From positions 44,020,001-44,084,000 of the forward strand of contig OZ024752.1 in NCBI GenBank assembly GCA_964016885.1: DNA of 64,000 nucleotides. Reading direction: 5' to 3'. This DNA comes from Eledone cirrhosa (taxonomy: Eukaryota). The notes below the pieces were generated by a model. That model was not told where the DNA came from. It saw nothing but the letters and a program-made list of their open reading frames with translations, and ran no database searches. Shown here piece by piece: positions 11,401-23,462 of the stretch (positions within the stretch are counted from its first letter, which is position 1; each line of letters starts with the position of its first letter). The position numbers and the translations under genes are program-made.

Positions 11401-14400
11401 ATAGGCAAGAAAACAAAAAATCTCGAGAATCAGATTCAGGTAAAAATTGTTTTTATCTACATTTTTATATATTTATTTCTTACATAACTTGTGCAGATGA
11501 AATTCTTAAATATTTCATGTTTAAATATAAGATTTCTTCTGCATTAGTTCACCATCTGTGGTTATAAATAACATGTGTTTATCAGGCTAGAATCTTCTCA
11601 AAAGTTTACAGTCCCTCTTTACTTCTACACTAGTCTTGTTGATAAAGTCTGCATTCTTGACATCAAGTCCCTTTGCAGTCAACATGGTGTCAGCCATGTA
11701 GAGGGGAGACTGGTATGGGGGACTGCTGGTCTTCCACATGCAACCTTGCTCGGACTTGTGCCTCGAAGTGGAACTATCTAGGTGCAAATTCCATGGTCAT
11801 TCGTGACCAAAGGGCGTCTTTACCCTTTAAATTAACATTGTATAGATAATGGAAAGATTTATTTCTCATTCATGTAATACGTTGAAAATGGAACTTAATA
11901 TTAGTTCTTATGAACATGAGAATTGATGACATATTTTCATTAAAATTTCTGCCAAACTAAAATTATAATTCATTTATATTTTTTTCTTTATATAGAAGAC
12001 GACATGTTTCAGAAGAAAAAGCGTCGTCGTATCGCCCCGAAAGTATTTGATAGCAGTAGTGAAGAAGGTAATGTTGTGTTTGTTGTTGGTATTTGATAGT
12101 GAGGAAGGTAATGTTGTGTTTGTTGTTGGTATTTGATAGTGAGGAAGGTAATGTTGTGTTTGTTGTTGGTATTTGATAGTGAGGAAGGTAATGTTGTGTT
12201 TGTTGTTGGTATTTGATAGTGAGGAAGGTAATGTGTTTGTTGTTGGTATTTGATAGTGAGGAAGGTAATGTTGTGATAGCAATAGTGAGGAAGGTAATGT
12301 GATAGCAATAGTGAGGAAGGTAATGTGTTTGTTGTTGGTATTTGATAGTGAGGAAGGTAATGTGATAGCAATAGTGAGGAAGGTAAAGTTGTGTTTGTTG
12401 TTGGAAAGAGAAACCCCACTGAAACACATATGGACCTAGAACTTAAATCACTTCACTTTATTTTCAATTATTTCATCTATTTTCTGCTCATTTTGAAAAT
12501 GTTTTACTTAAAAACAAAATTTACAAGTTTTTCTGCATCTGTTGTTAGAAATGGAATCTGAAGAACCACTGCCTAGTCCAGCAGAGTTGATGAACATTGA
12601 GTGTGATGTTCAGCCAGAGATAACGGAAGAAAAACCAGTCATAGAAAACGGCAATGTGAAAAATGGTGAAGAAACATCAACAAAAGAAACGGTATCTAGA
12701 ATTGTTGTTAATAAAGATGGAAAAAGAAGAAAACGAATAAAAAGACAGAAAAAGAAAACCTTTAAGGACGAAGAAGGTTTTATGGGTATGTAGTAACATT
12801 ATTATTGGGGGCAGTGAATTGGCAGTATCGGTAGAGGGTAGGACGCCATGCTTTGACGCGTAGAGTTACGGCCCTTGCCATTCTGAGTTCAAATCCCACC
12901 GAGGTTAACTTTGCCTTTCATCCTTAAGGGTCGATAAAATAAAGTACCAGTAATGCACTGTGTAATTGCTGGCCTTGTGCTAAAAGTAGAAACAATTATT
13001 ATTGGGGCAGTGTACAAGGTTTCTTTATTCCTTCTTTTGGTGAATGTAATTTTTCTGTATATATTCCTTCTAATGGAACTCCAGTGTCATATATGTTATA
13101 TTTCAATATATATTCTTGTTGGTTTACTGGTTACTATTTTAGTAGGCTCGGGGTCGATTTAATAGAGTACCAGTAACATACTGGGTTCATTTACTCGACT
13201 TTCCTTTCCCTCCAAATTGTTGGCCTTGTGCCTAAATCAGAAACCATTCTTTGTAAATTTTGATTCAATTCTTTTAATGTTTCAGTTACAAAAAAAGTTA
13301 TGGTTAGTGATTCAACTGATGTTTCTGATGAAGAAACAGAAGATAAATCGAAACTATCGACAGAAAGCTCACCTGTCTCATTGTCAGTAACTCAGGTGAG
13401 TGGACCTTTTTTTTTGTTTCTTTTCTGGTTTCTAAAGTTGGTCTTAATTTATCCTTGTGTCACGTCACTCTCAAGTGTGACTGGTAACATGTAACTCCAG
13501 TGTGACATGTAACTCCAGTGTGACACGTAACTCCAGTGTGACATATAACTCCAGTGTGACTGGTAACTTCAGTACAACTTATTATATGGTTGAGTTTGTC
13601 AGTAACTTAAATGGGCACCCACATCAAGTGTGCTTGGTGAGGAAGGGGCTTTACGGAGATCCTGTGAACTGAAAAACAAAACCTATCAAAGGGCAGAGGA
13701 ACTGATGAGAGTCAACGGCCATCCGATAGTGTGTATATATACATGTGTATATATACATGTGTATACATACGTGTGTATATATACATTTGTATATATACAT
13801 GTGTATGTAGTTTTATGTAGGGTGCTTCTGGACCGTCTGCTGACACACATTGCAGATTGTGTTCTTCCTGAAAGTCAATCTGGTTTTCGTGCTGGACGCG
13901 GCGCTACTGATATGATCTTCTCAGCTAGACAGCTCCAGGAGAAGTGCATGGAACAAGGTTTGGATCTGTATCAGGTTTTTGTCAATCTGACAAAAGCTTT
14001 CGATACTGTTAACAGAGATGCATTATGGAAGGTTCTCCAGAAACTTGGTTGCCCTGATAAGTTCCTTGCTTTAGTTAGGTCTTTCCATGACGACATGAAG
14101 GCTTGGGTTAATGTCGGAGGTAACATGTCGGAGCCAAATCTCAGTAAAAAATGGAGTGTAACAGGGGGATATTCCAGCACTGACCCTGTTTGCCATATAC
14201 TTTGCAATGGTTTTCGGTATTGCATTCAGGAATTGCGAGCATGGTGTTTACATCCGATATCGAACCTCAGGCAGCATATTTAACATCAGGCGCTTTGCTG
14301 CAAAGACAAAAGTATTTACATCAATCAAAGACCTCTTGTATGCAGATGATTGCAATCTTGTAGTGCACACACAGTGATATGCAGCACATTTTGAATGCAT

Positions 14401-16562
14401 TTTCTGACGCTTGCACTGCCCTAGGATTGACTGTCAGTCTCAAGAAAATCGTCGTCATGTACCAACCTACTCCTGGTAGGCAGTACACTGAACCAAATAT
14501 CTATGTGTATGGTAAACGACTTGGAGTGGTTGATCAGTTTGTCTACCTGGGAAGCACTCTCAATTGATACAGCAACCGTGACAGTGAAATCTCACTTAGG
14601 ATTAGGAAAGCAAGTGATGCTTTCGGAAAGCTAGAAAGGCGACTCTGGGGTCGGTGAGACATATGCAGGAGGACAAAGGTAAAGGTGTACAAGGCATGTG
14701 TGCTCTCTTGTCTTCTTTATGCCTGCAAGACCTGGGTCACATATCGACACCACCTTAAACAATTGGAGCGTTTCCATCAAATGTGTCTCAGACGGATCCA
14801 TGGCGTTCACTGGAGGGACCACATCAGTGATGTCAAGATTTTGGAAAGCTCTATGTGTGACAGTATAGAAGCTCTTGTGCTTAAGCAACGACTCCGTTGG
14901 AGTGGTCACCTTGCCAGGATGAAGGATTCTAGAATACCAAAACAACTCTTTTATGGAGAGTTGGTTAAAGGAAAACGACCGCCACATAAACCAAAAAAGA
15001 GGTATAAGGATTCCTTGAAAGCCTCTTTGAAAGACACTAACATCTCTGCTGATACATGGGAAAATATTGCTGCTGATCATAATAAATGGAGAAAGACTGT
15101 ATATGAGGGAAAAGTTGCCTTTGAGGCATCTTGAATCGCATACGAGAAAGTAAAGCGGGATGTGAGGAAGGGCATTGCTGTTGCACTTCCAGACAGCGAG
15201 GCTCCTCCTATGGTGCTGACATGCAGCGTCTGTGCAAAGCTGGACTCGAAAATCATCTTCGCAGTCATAAAGTAAGACCAGTGGTTGACTACCAGGCTGC
15301 TGTTGGCGATGCTACTCATCATGCCTGCCAAGCATGTGGTAGAGAATGTAAATCAGCAGGAGGGCTCAAGCGACATGCAAAAGTACATGAACTCCAACCG
15401 CAGCCGGCTATTCCCAGTGAATGTTTTGGTTGCCGACTCTGTGCAAGACATTTTAGATCATTGGATGGGCTAAAAAGCCACATTCGATTGCAGCACTGTT
15501 AGTTGCTATCGTGTGTGTGTGTATAGATATGTTTATGTGTGTGCGTATATATATATATGTATATGTATATTATTATTGTTGTTGGTGTCGTTATTATTAT
15601 TATTGTTATTATTATTATTATTATTAATGTATATGTGTGTATGTATATATATGTGTGTATATATGTATATGTATGTGTATATATATATATATATTTCTTT
15701 TTTATTTATTTATTAATATATATATATATATTTTTTCTCCTCGTGCAGTGGCCATCCTCGATAACGAGGGGGCAGCCATCATATAAGTGTGTATATATAA
15801 GTGTATATATACATTTGTATATATACATGTGTATATATACTTGTGTATATATATATATGTGTATATATACGTGTGTATATATATGTGTGTATATATACGT
15901 GTGTATATATATATGTGCATATATATGTGTGTATATATACTTGTGTATATGTACTTGTACATATATGATTAAATATAAACAGACAGGCCGAAAAGTAGGA
16001 GTTAGACTAAACCTTAATCACTGCACACCATACCCTGTAAAAGTGTTGTTCTGTATTCTGTCTCCTCCTTGTCAATATGTCTCATGTTTACTGCCACAGT
16101 GTCATTTCACAACAGTTGATCATTACAAATATGTATCAGCAATTTGTATTTCATATATCTTTATTTCTTATACAAATGTCAGCGTTTGACCCCCTGGAAG
16201 AGTCCTATTGACCCCCCAGCGGTCGATATTGGCCACATTGGAGACCCCTATTGTAGAGGCTTCCTTATTGACCAGGAATAGTAATATATATATTTTTTGT
16301 CGGTTCTGTTTCATTTTTTTTACATTTGATAGAGTAAAACTATAAATATATTCAGTCTAAGGAATTATATTTATCCAAAATTCGAAAGAAACAATCTTTT
16401 AAAGGTATATTTTCATATGTATGGTGTTGTTTAATCTTATTTTTTTTTTTTATATCTTTTAAATCCTATTTATAGATTAAGAAACCTGCCACGAAAACAA
16501 GTGTCACCGACAAAGGACAGAAAAAGCAATCATCTTTGATGTCATTTTTCAACAAGAAATAG
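3265..16562 (+). CDS. POLD3: DNA polymerase delta subunit 3 (p66/Cdc27/Pol32), complete 14-exon CDS, about 466 aa
   Basis: Exons, all GT-AG and frame-consistent, 1401 nt total: 3265-3339, 4803-4858, 6207-6315, 6783-6890, 7111-7175, 7968-8052, 8878-9123, 9725-9770, 10550-10619, 11405-11439, 11996-12067, 12549-12785, 13286-13395, 16476-16562. Motifs: YLDNLDEYINDENKVVTYRWLSSTLQVHVNQAKQML, HIYSVQK, KKTFKDEEGFMVTKK, and C-terminal PIP box KQSSLMSFFNKK*. Confidence 0.95.
4506..4693 (+). mobile_element. tRNA-derived SINE, family A (representative copy)
   Basis: A box TGGCAGTATCGG, B box GAGTTCAAATCC, conserved body GACTTTGCCTTTCATCCTTACGGGGT-x-GATAAAATAAAGTACCAG, (ATT) tail. Other copies at about 5945-6138, 12806-13000, 33388-33565, 35459-35648, 59175-59390 (+) and 46908-47095, 49995-50205, 50433-50622, 30650-30755 (-). 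Confidence 0.85.
9871..10110 (-). mobile_element. tRNA-derived SINE, family B
   Basis: The minus strand begins GTGGCTTTGTGGTTAGG (A box) ...AGTTCGATTCC (B box) ...CTTGAGCAAGACACTT. Related pieces at about 21045-21195 and 11600-11830. Confidence 0.7.
12043..12402 (+). repeat. About 40-bp tandem repeat built from the POLD3 exon 11 end plus splice donor
   Basis: Unit GTATTTGATAGTGAGGAAG|GTAATGTTGTGTTTGTTGTTG and shorter variants. Confidence 0.9.
13808..15780 (+). mobile_element. 5'-truncated RTE-clade LINE with frameshifts and C-terminal C2H2 zinc fingers, in POLD3 intron 13
   Basis: LPESQSGFRAGRGATDMIFSARQLQEKC, FVNLTKAFDTVNR, LLYADD, F-x-YLGS, RLRWSGHLARM-x-DSRIPKQLFYGEL; zinc fingers CQACGRECKSAGGLKRHAKVH and CRLCARHFRSLDGLKSHIRLQH. 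Multiple stops and frameshifts. Confidence 0.9.
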
Positions 16563-16621
16563 TTTTACACATCTGAGTATATTTACTATCAATCTAACTT
16601 TTAGTTCTTTATAATGTATGA

Positions 16622-16701
16622 AATAAAACTTGTCTAGCTGTTGATTTATTGTGAACATTCAATGAAAAAATGTTGAACATTAAATTTGACTTGATTTTAT
16701 T
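16622..16701. terminator. Convergent polyadenylation signals (POLD3 on +, protease on -)
   Basis: AATAAA at 16622-16627 (+); TTTATT (AATAAA on -) at 16645-16650 and 16696-16701. Confidence 0.5.
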
Positions 16702-17399
16702 AAATTTTTCATTTAACAATTTTTTTTTTTTTCATCTCATGTTATTTCTAAGAACATTTTTTGGTGAAACAAAACTATTTTTATATTCTTGTTTATAATT
16801 TCAATATTTTGAGAACACCCTCTTTACAAAATAATACTATTTAGTTAACATGTGTTAATTAGAATATGGTGGCAATTGAACATTTTTTAAAATAGAATTG
16901 AAAGTTGTCACCATAAATTTCACAGTGTGCCCATTTTTTCCCATTATGGGGTTCCATATGCCCCAATATTTGACTGTTTTCTGTAGTCAATTTAAAAAAC
17001 TATTTAGTTAATTATGTTTTAGGAAAGTCAGTATAAAGTGAAAAAGAAATATAATGTTGGAACTAGAGTGGAATAAAATAAGGACAAAAAAAAATAGTTT
17101 TTACCCTATATTTCATATTTCCTGGTCTGATCTCCACTGGTCAGTTACCCAACAAAGTCGTAAGAAGACTCTTCAATTTTTCTTCATTTGATAGAGGTTT
17201 TAAGTTTGAAATATTATGAAATATAAGTTAAAAACTATTGTTACTTTGTCACTCTTACTTTACTATTATATTTCCATTGTACTTTACTATTATATTTCCA
17301 TTGACTTTCCTAATACATTCTTAATTACATATCTCATATAAACTACACCACTATTTAGTTCATTGCCAAATAGTAGTGAATTATTTTCATTTATGGTTC

Positions 17400-20300
17400 T
17401 CAAGAATACTTCTTTATTATATAATCAATCCAAGGTTTCAATTCTTTGACATTGGCATAAACTCCAGGATTTTTCGGCTGAGCACAGCCATTTCCCCAAG
17501 AGGTCACTCCAGCAAGTGTATAAACTCCTGTAAAAGAATAATTCGAGATTCTCTTTATATATATATATATAATGTGTAGAGGTAGTGAGAAGTTACCTCA
17601 AATCAGAGACTCACACAGATGAAGAAAGATTTTAAAATGTCTACGTGTAACTTACCATTTAGATTACAAACAAGAGGCCCACCACTATCACCTTGGCAGG
17701 TGTCAATACCACCTTCAAGGTATCCTGCACATATCATGCGCTGTGTAATACTGTTCTTGTATAACACTTCACAGGTATTTCTTGAAATTATTGGTACTAG
17801 AGCTGCCTTCAGAATGGATGGGTATGCTGTTGAGATATAAATATATAAAGACACACAAGTATTGCTAAAATATTTACAAGATATCAGACGATGTTCAATG
17901 ACAATAGTCTAACTTATTAAACCTACCATTAGACATTTCCTACTGGTCATTGTTAACAAAGAACTTGAAATATATACAGCTGTATAAAAAAAAATCATTC
18001 GGTTTTATTTACAATATTTCCAACTGCTCAATATGTAAAAAACTTTATAAAAATTTATGAAAGTTATAAAAAAGTGATAAAACTTTCTATTCAGACATGT
18101 ATTGTACAAGTCACCACATGATTATATGGTCATTTGTTTAAAATATAACATATCCTTTTTGATACAGTCTGTATAATGGTAAAATGGTTTATTGTGAAAG
18201 TTTTACCTTTCCCTGTGTTTCCCCATCCAGAAATATGACATCTTTCACCAACATTGAAGGTTGTGTTCTGATCTGGTAAACAGGCTGGCTGGATATAATC
18301 ATTGAATATTATTCCATTTCCTTTGTTATTTGGCTCCAGTTTAAGCAGAGCCACATCATAGTCATAGGTGTCGTCTGAAATAATAATTACACACAAAATG
18401 TTACATTTATATGGATTTCTCATTCACGAATCGACTTTCCTTGATCCAATTAACGGTACTCTTTCCAATTGTCTCAATCTGGCATTAAATTCAAGACCCA
18501 TTAAATTTCTTCCCGTGTCAGTATATAACATATCTAGATACATTGTTGCATGACTACCTCTACTTCTATGACTGTGCAGGCTCCCATAAAACATGGATTT
18601 CAGATATTTCAAACAATCATTTTACAGGTATTTATTTTAAAGATCAATAGCTTGGAGATCAGAGACTCCAGGTAGAGCCATTACTTCTCCGAATTGAGGG
18701 GTCACAGCTCTGATGTTTTTTGTTTTTTTCAGAAATGAAAGAAAGGTACATTGGACAGTGTAGTCCTAAGATGTATTAAATGATGGGATTTTCAGTTGAG
18801 TGTACTGGAACAACGGGAAATGAAGTGTTTTGCTCAGAACACAACATACACTACCTCTTCTATATAGTATATAATAATAATAATAATGCTTTCTTTATTA
18901 ACCACAAGGGTTTACACAAAGTAGACATTAAGGACGGTACAGATGGGTATTTCTGCGTGTAAAAAAAAAAAAAAACAGAGGATGTAACAAAAAAAGAACA
19001 ATGAAAAATTCTTCAATAGGGGGAGACTTCCGAGGGCCATCGTGGAGAAAGCCCATTAAAAAAAAGCCATGGTGACCCTGACCACCAGGGCAAGTGCCCT
19101 CTCCTAGTTTTCCACCTTCAATTTACAGGCATATACTCAGAGTAGGTCCATTCACTCGGGCCATTCTTGTCTCTCTCACCTATCTTTAATAATAATAATA
19201 ATAATAATGAAATTATTGTATACAGTGCTCAGGTACATTACAATTCATCAAAGGTGCATAGTACATTGAATAATGCACAAAAGTCAGGAAAGTGAACAGT
19301 GTATCAGTGATGATATACACACAGACATGTGTGCGTATGGAAGGGGAATATCAGGTGTAGTGTTGGTGAATTTCAGGAAGCATGGAGGTTTTAAAGGATG
19401 CAATGTCCCGACAGCTAACAACTGATGCAGTTTCTTCCATGTTTCAGCAACTCTGAGCTGGAAACAAATGTAAATAAAGATATAGAAAATAATATAGAAA
19501 AGTTGTTACCATCATATTTTGGATGAGTTATGAGTTGAGCAACTTTAAAAGCTTGTTCATATGTATCCCATGCTTTGTTGTTATGATCTCCTGCTTTTAT
19601 GATCAGATTTTCTTTCTTCTTGCCACTGTTAAACAAATATCAACTTAAATCATTTATAAGAAACAGTCAATTCCTTTACAGTGTGTTTTATAATGGTTTT
19701 AAACAAATATTTTGACAGGGTGGTGCCATGATAAAAGGCACCCAGTCCACCCTGTAAGGCAGCAGTGCTGGTACTGCAATAAAAAACACCCAGTCCACCC
19801 TATAAGGTGGTTCCATAGTAAAAGGCAACTATTACACTAAAAAAAAAGCAACAACAACTATTACATTTTTTCATATATGCACAAGAAAGATATTGTCATT
19901 TTTTCTTGTGAGCGCTTTTTAAATTTTACATGATTTTTATAAAAAATATTTTTCAACAAATTTCTTTAGGAAAAAGCAAAGGGCCACAATTTTAATTATA
20001 TATAAAATATTATGTGTTCATTAATGAGAGTATTAATTTAATGTTAATTATATCAGCTTTCATGCAGGTAGGTTAATTTGGTGATGCAGTAAGTTAATGA
20101 ATTTTGGGATTTGTAAAACATGTAAATGACATGATTTTTTTTTTTTTTTAATAAAAGAATTGAAAAAAAACAAACAACCTCCTCACTAGAACTTACATTA
20201 CACAATGTGCTGCTGTAATAACCCAGAAATCATCAATTATAGAGGCCCCACAATGATGGAGTTTACCCCAAAACCAACTTCTAAAAATCCTTGCTTGCCA

Positions 20301-23300
20301 GGGGTAAGCTCCTTCTCTAGCCCTCACACCACCAGCAATACGTTGAGATCTTTGTTTGATAGCTCTTCGGCCACATTTTATATCTAAAGGAAGAAGAATG
20401 AGAGAAATTCCAAGAAACTATCAAACCATTATCATTGTTTCTTAAATATTTGTTTTTTCTAAAATAGCCAGAAATATCCCACATGTTGAAAGAAATTCTT
20501 ATTTGTTTTCATAACGAGACACAATGGCTTCTTCGCTTATTCCCCGCAAGAAGTTGTCTTCAATTAATTTGAATAAAAATAATTATTGTTTTGTTAAAAC
20601 AATTAAAACAAGCAAGCAAAAACATTATAATCATGTTTTATAATATATTAAGGTTGCAATATTGGAATTAATGCGTTGAAATGTCCAAGGCCCCCAGCAG
20701 ACAACTGAAGAAGGGACCTGTTTCTTGTTTGTACTTTCCTTTTATATATATATATATATAAATGTGGTTGGTGTTAGGAAGGGCATCCAGCCGTAGAAAA
20801 CCTGCCAGACAGTTCTATACGAGGTTTTCAATTTAAATGAAAATCATCCAACATAATTTTATATAAGAACCTTACATCATCATCATCATCATCATCATTT
20901 TACGTCCGCTTTTCCCTGCTTGCAAGGGTGGGACAGGAATTGATTCTGGCTTGATTTCTACAGCTGGATGCCCTTCCTAACACCAACCTCATTTAGAGTG
21001 AGTGCTGGGTGCTTTTTTGCAGTGGAATGATAGGGACCCCAGTCCCTATCATCTCATTTCTACAGCTGAGTAAACTGGAGCAATGTGAAATAAAGTGTCT
21101 TGCTCAAGGAAACAACACATCACCCGGTCTGAGAATTGAATTCACAACCTTTTGATTGCAAGCCCAATGCTCTAACCACTAAGCCATGCGCCTTCATACA
21201 TAATGAAATAATTGATAATTTTATTAAATATCTTAAAATACTTCATTAACCCATTAACATTTCAACTGGCCGTTATCCGGCCAGAATTCTCTCACCTCTT
21301 TCTGTTTAAACCGGCTGTAACCGGCCACTTATGCCGAAATTTAGGTATAATAAATAATATCAAAATCTCATAGATTTGATATTATGTAAGATAAAGCCTG
21401 CATAAATACAATAGTAAATATAGAGGAATGTAAATGCTAAAGAGTTAACTAATTGAACTAAGTGTATTTCATTAGAAATGTGGTAATGAAAGGGTTAAAG
21501 GAAGGAATCACTGATAATCTATAATCACTTCAATATAGACTGAAATATTTCGATTTGGTGACAGTTTTATCAACAAGAATTTGAATGAAAAGATGGAAGA
21601 ATGTGAGCCAGAGAATAATTTGAAGAGAGAACTAAAGATTATTTTCACTTTTATAATACCTCCAAATTCTACTACTACTACTACTACTGCTACATCGAGG
21701 TTAGCTTTGCCTTTCATCCTTACAGGGTCAATAAAATAAAGTACCAGTAATGCACTGGGTTTGATTTAATTTATTTTCTCCAGGGTTGCTTGAAGTTTTA
21801 AAGATGTTATATCACAGTAAATCATGCTTTATTTACAAACACATTCCTGCATTCACATATTGAACATTTTAAATAAGTTTTTTGTGGTTTCTGTTAAAAA
21901 AAACACATCTGTGATATGTAAGTATATCTACCAGACCAGTGAGGTGGTATGACAGTATATCTAGCAGACCAGTCAGGTGTGACTATATCTACCAGACCAA
22001 TCAGGTGGTATGAAGGTATATCTAGCAGACCAGTGAGGTGGTACAAAGGTATATTTAGCACACCAGTCAGGTGTGACTATATCTACCAGACCAGTCAGGT
22101 GGTACGAATGTATATCTAACAGACCAGTCAGGTATTATCACCAGATTGGTGACAGACATAAATAAAATGACTAAAACTACAATATGGTGAGAGGTAAGAA
22201 AAATAACCATACTGCACCGTCCTTTGGATGGGTTAACAAGGGACGTTCAAGCCTTAGGTAGAGAGGGGCCGACTTGAAAAATATATTGCAGTCTCCATTT
22301 CATTCTGTAAAAACTGGTGATGGGCTTGTGACCTGTCCTGGGAGGCGTAGGATGGATAAGATTGGGTACCCTGAGACCCCTAAAGAGGGTTCGGAAGGAA
22401 GCAAACCTTGACAATTACTTATGAATACAGTTTGATGCCATGCAATGGGAGTTCGGCGAAACCCAGGTATGGGTTAAATTATCAGTTCTACTCATAAAGA
22501 CACAAACTCTGTTATTGTAAGTTGACAAACACAATATAGGTTAGCTTTTAGTCATGTGTTATATACATTATTATATGTATTAGTACACAAGTGAACAGGT
22601 GTATGTGTGTGTGTATATATATATATATATAAATAAATACATATATATATTTATGAATATATAATTATAATTATTTTACATCAACTTTCCATGTTAGTGT
22701 GTATATGCTTGTCTGTGTATGTATGTATATGTTTATATATATATATATATATAATGAAGGAAATGTGGTAAGGAACCAGGTGGACCATTATGCACCAAAG
22801 TACTCAATACTTAGGGTAGTAGAGTGGGTAATAGGAACCAGTAAGACCCCGACGGCTAATTCTGGACTAAAAAATTTTAGTCCAGAATTAGCCGTCGAAA
22901 CGGCTTGAGCTCAGCCGTCGGGGTCTTACTGGTTCCTATATATATATATATATATATATAAACACATGGGCGGCGGTGGTGAGAGCAGACCTCAGATTGC
23001 TGAAGCTCACGGAGGAGATGACAAGAGGAGAGATACTGTGCTGAATAGGACCCATCCCACCCTTGCAACCAGGGAAAAGCAGAAATAAAATGATAAAGAT
23101 GATGAAGCACACTCCTGTTTTCATGCATTAATTATGCAATACACAAACTCTGGTTGTTTTGCAGCCACAGTTAAATAATGAGTCCCATGACAAAGCTCCG
23201 AACTTCTGTAAGAATACATACTCAAAACAGTGGCTAGCTGATAAGATCCAGTGTTTATCCACAATTGTTCCACCACAATAATGTGAAGTGGTGATGATAG

Positions 23301-23462
23301 AATCAGAATATTCGCCTGTAATGATTCGAACAGCCACCTGCCAAGGAAATCTCCCATACACAGCATCTTCACCACTAATTATCTTAGAGTAGAAGTCTTC
23401 TTCAATTTCTCTGTCAGCACGTTTGCTTCTTATAAGGCGAGGTATTCGACCACAGACTGAGG
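17400..23462 (-). CDS. Protease: trypsin (S1A) catalytic domain, 5 exons
   Basis: Activation site K|IISG, FPWQV, HYCGGTI, SASHC (His), DVALLKL (Asp), [21 protein letters not shown] (Ser; Asp at S1 implies trypsin-like specificity), [13 protein letters not shown]. Confidence 0.95.
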
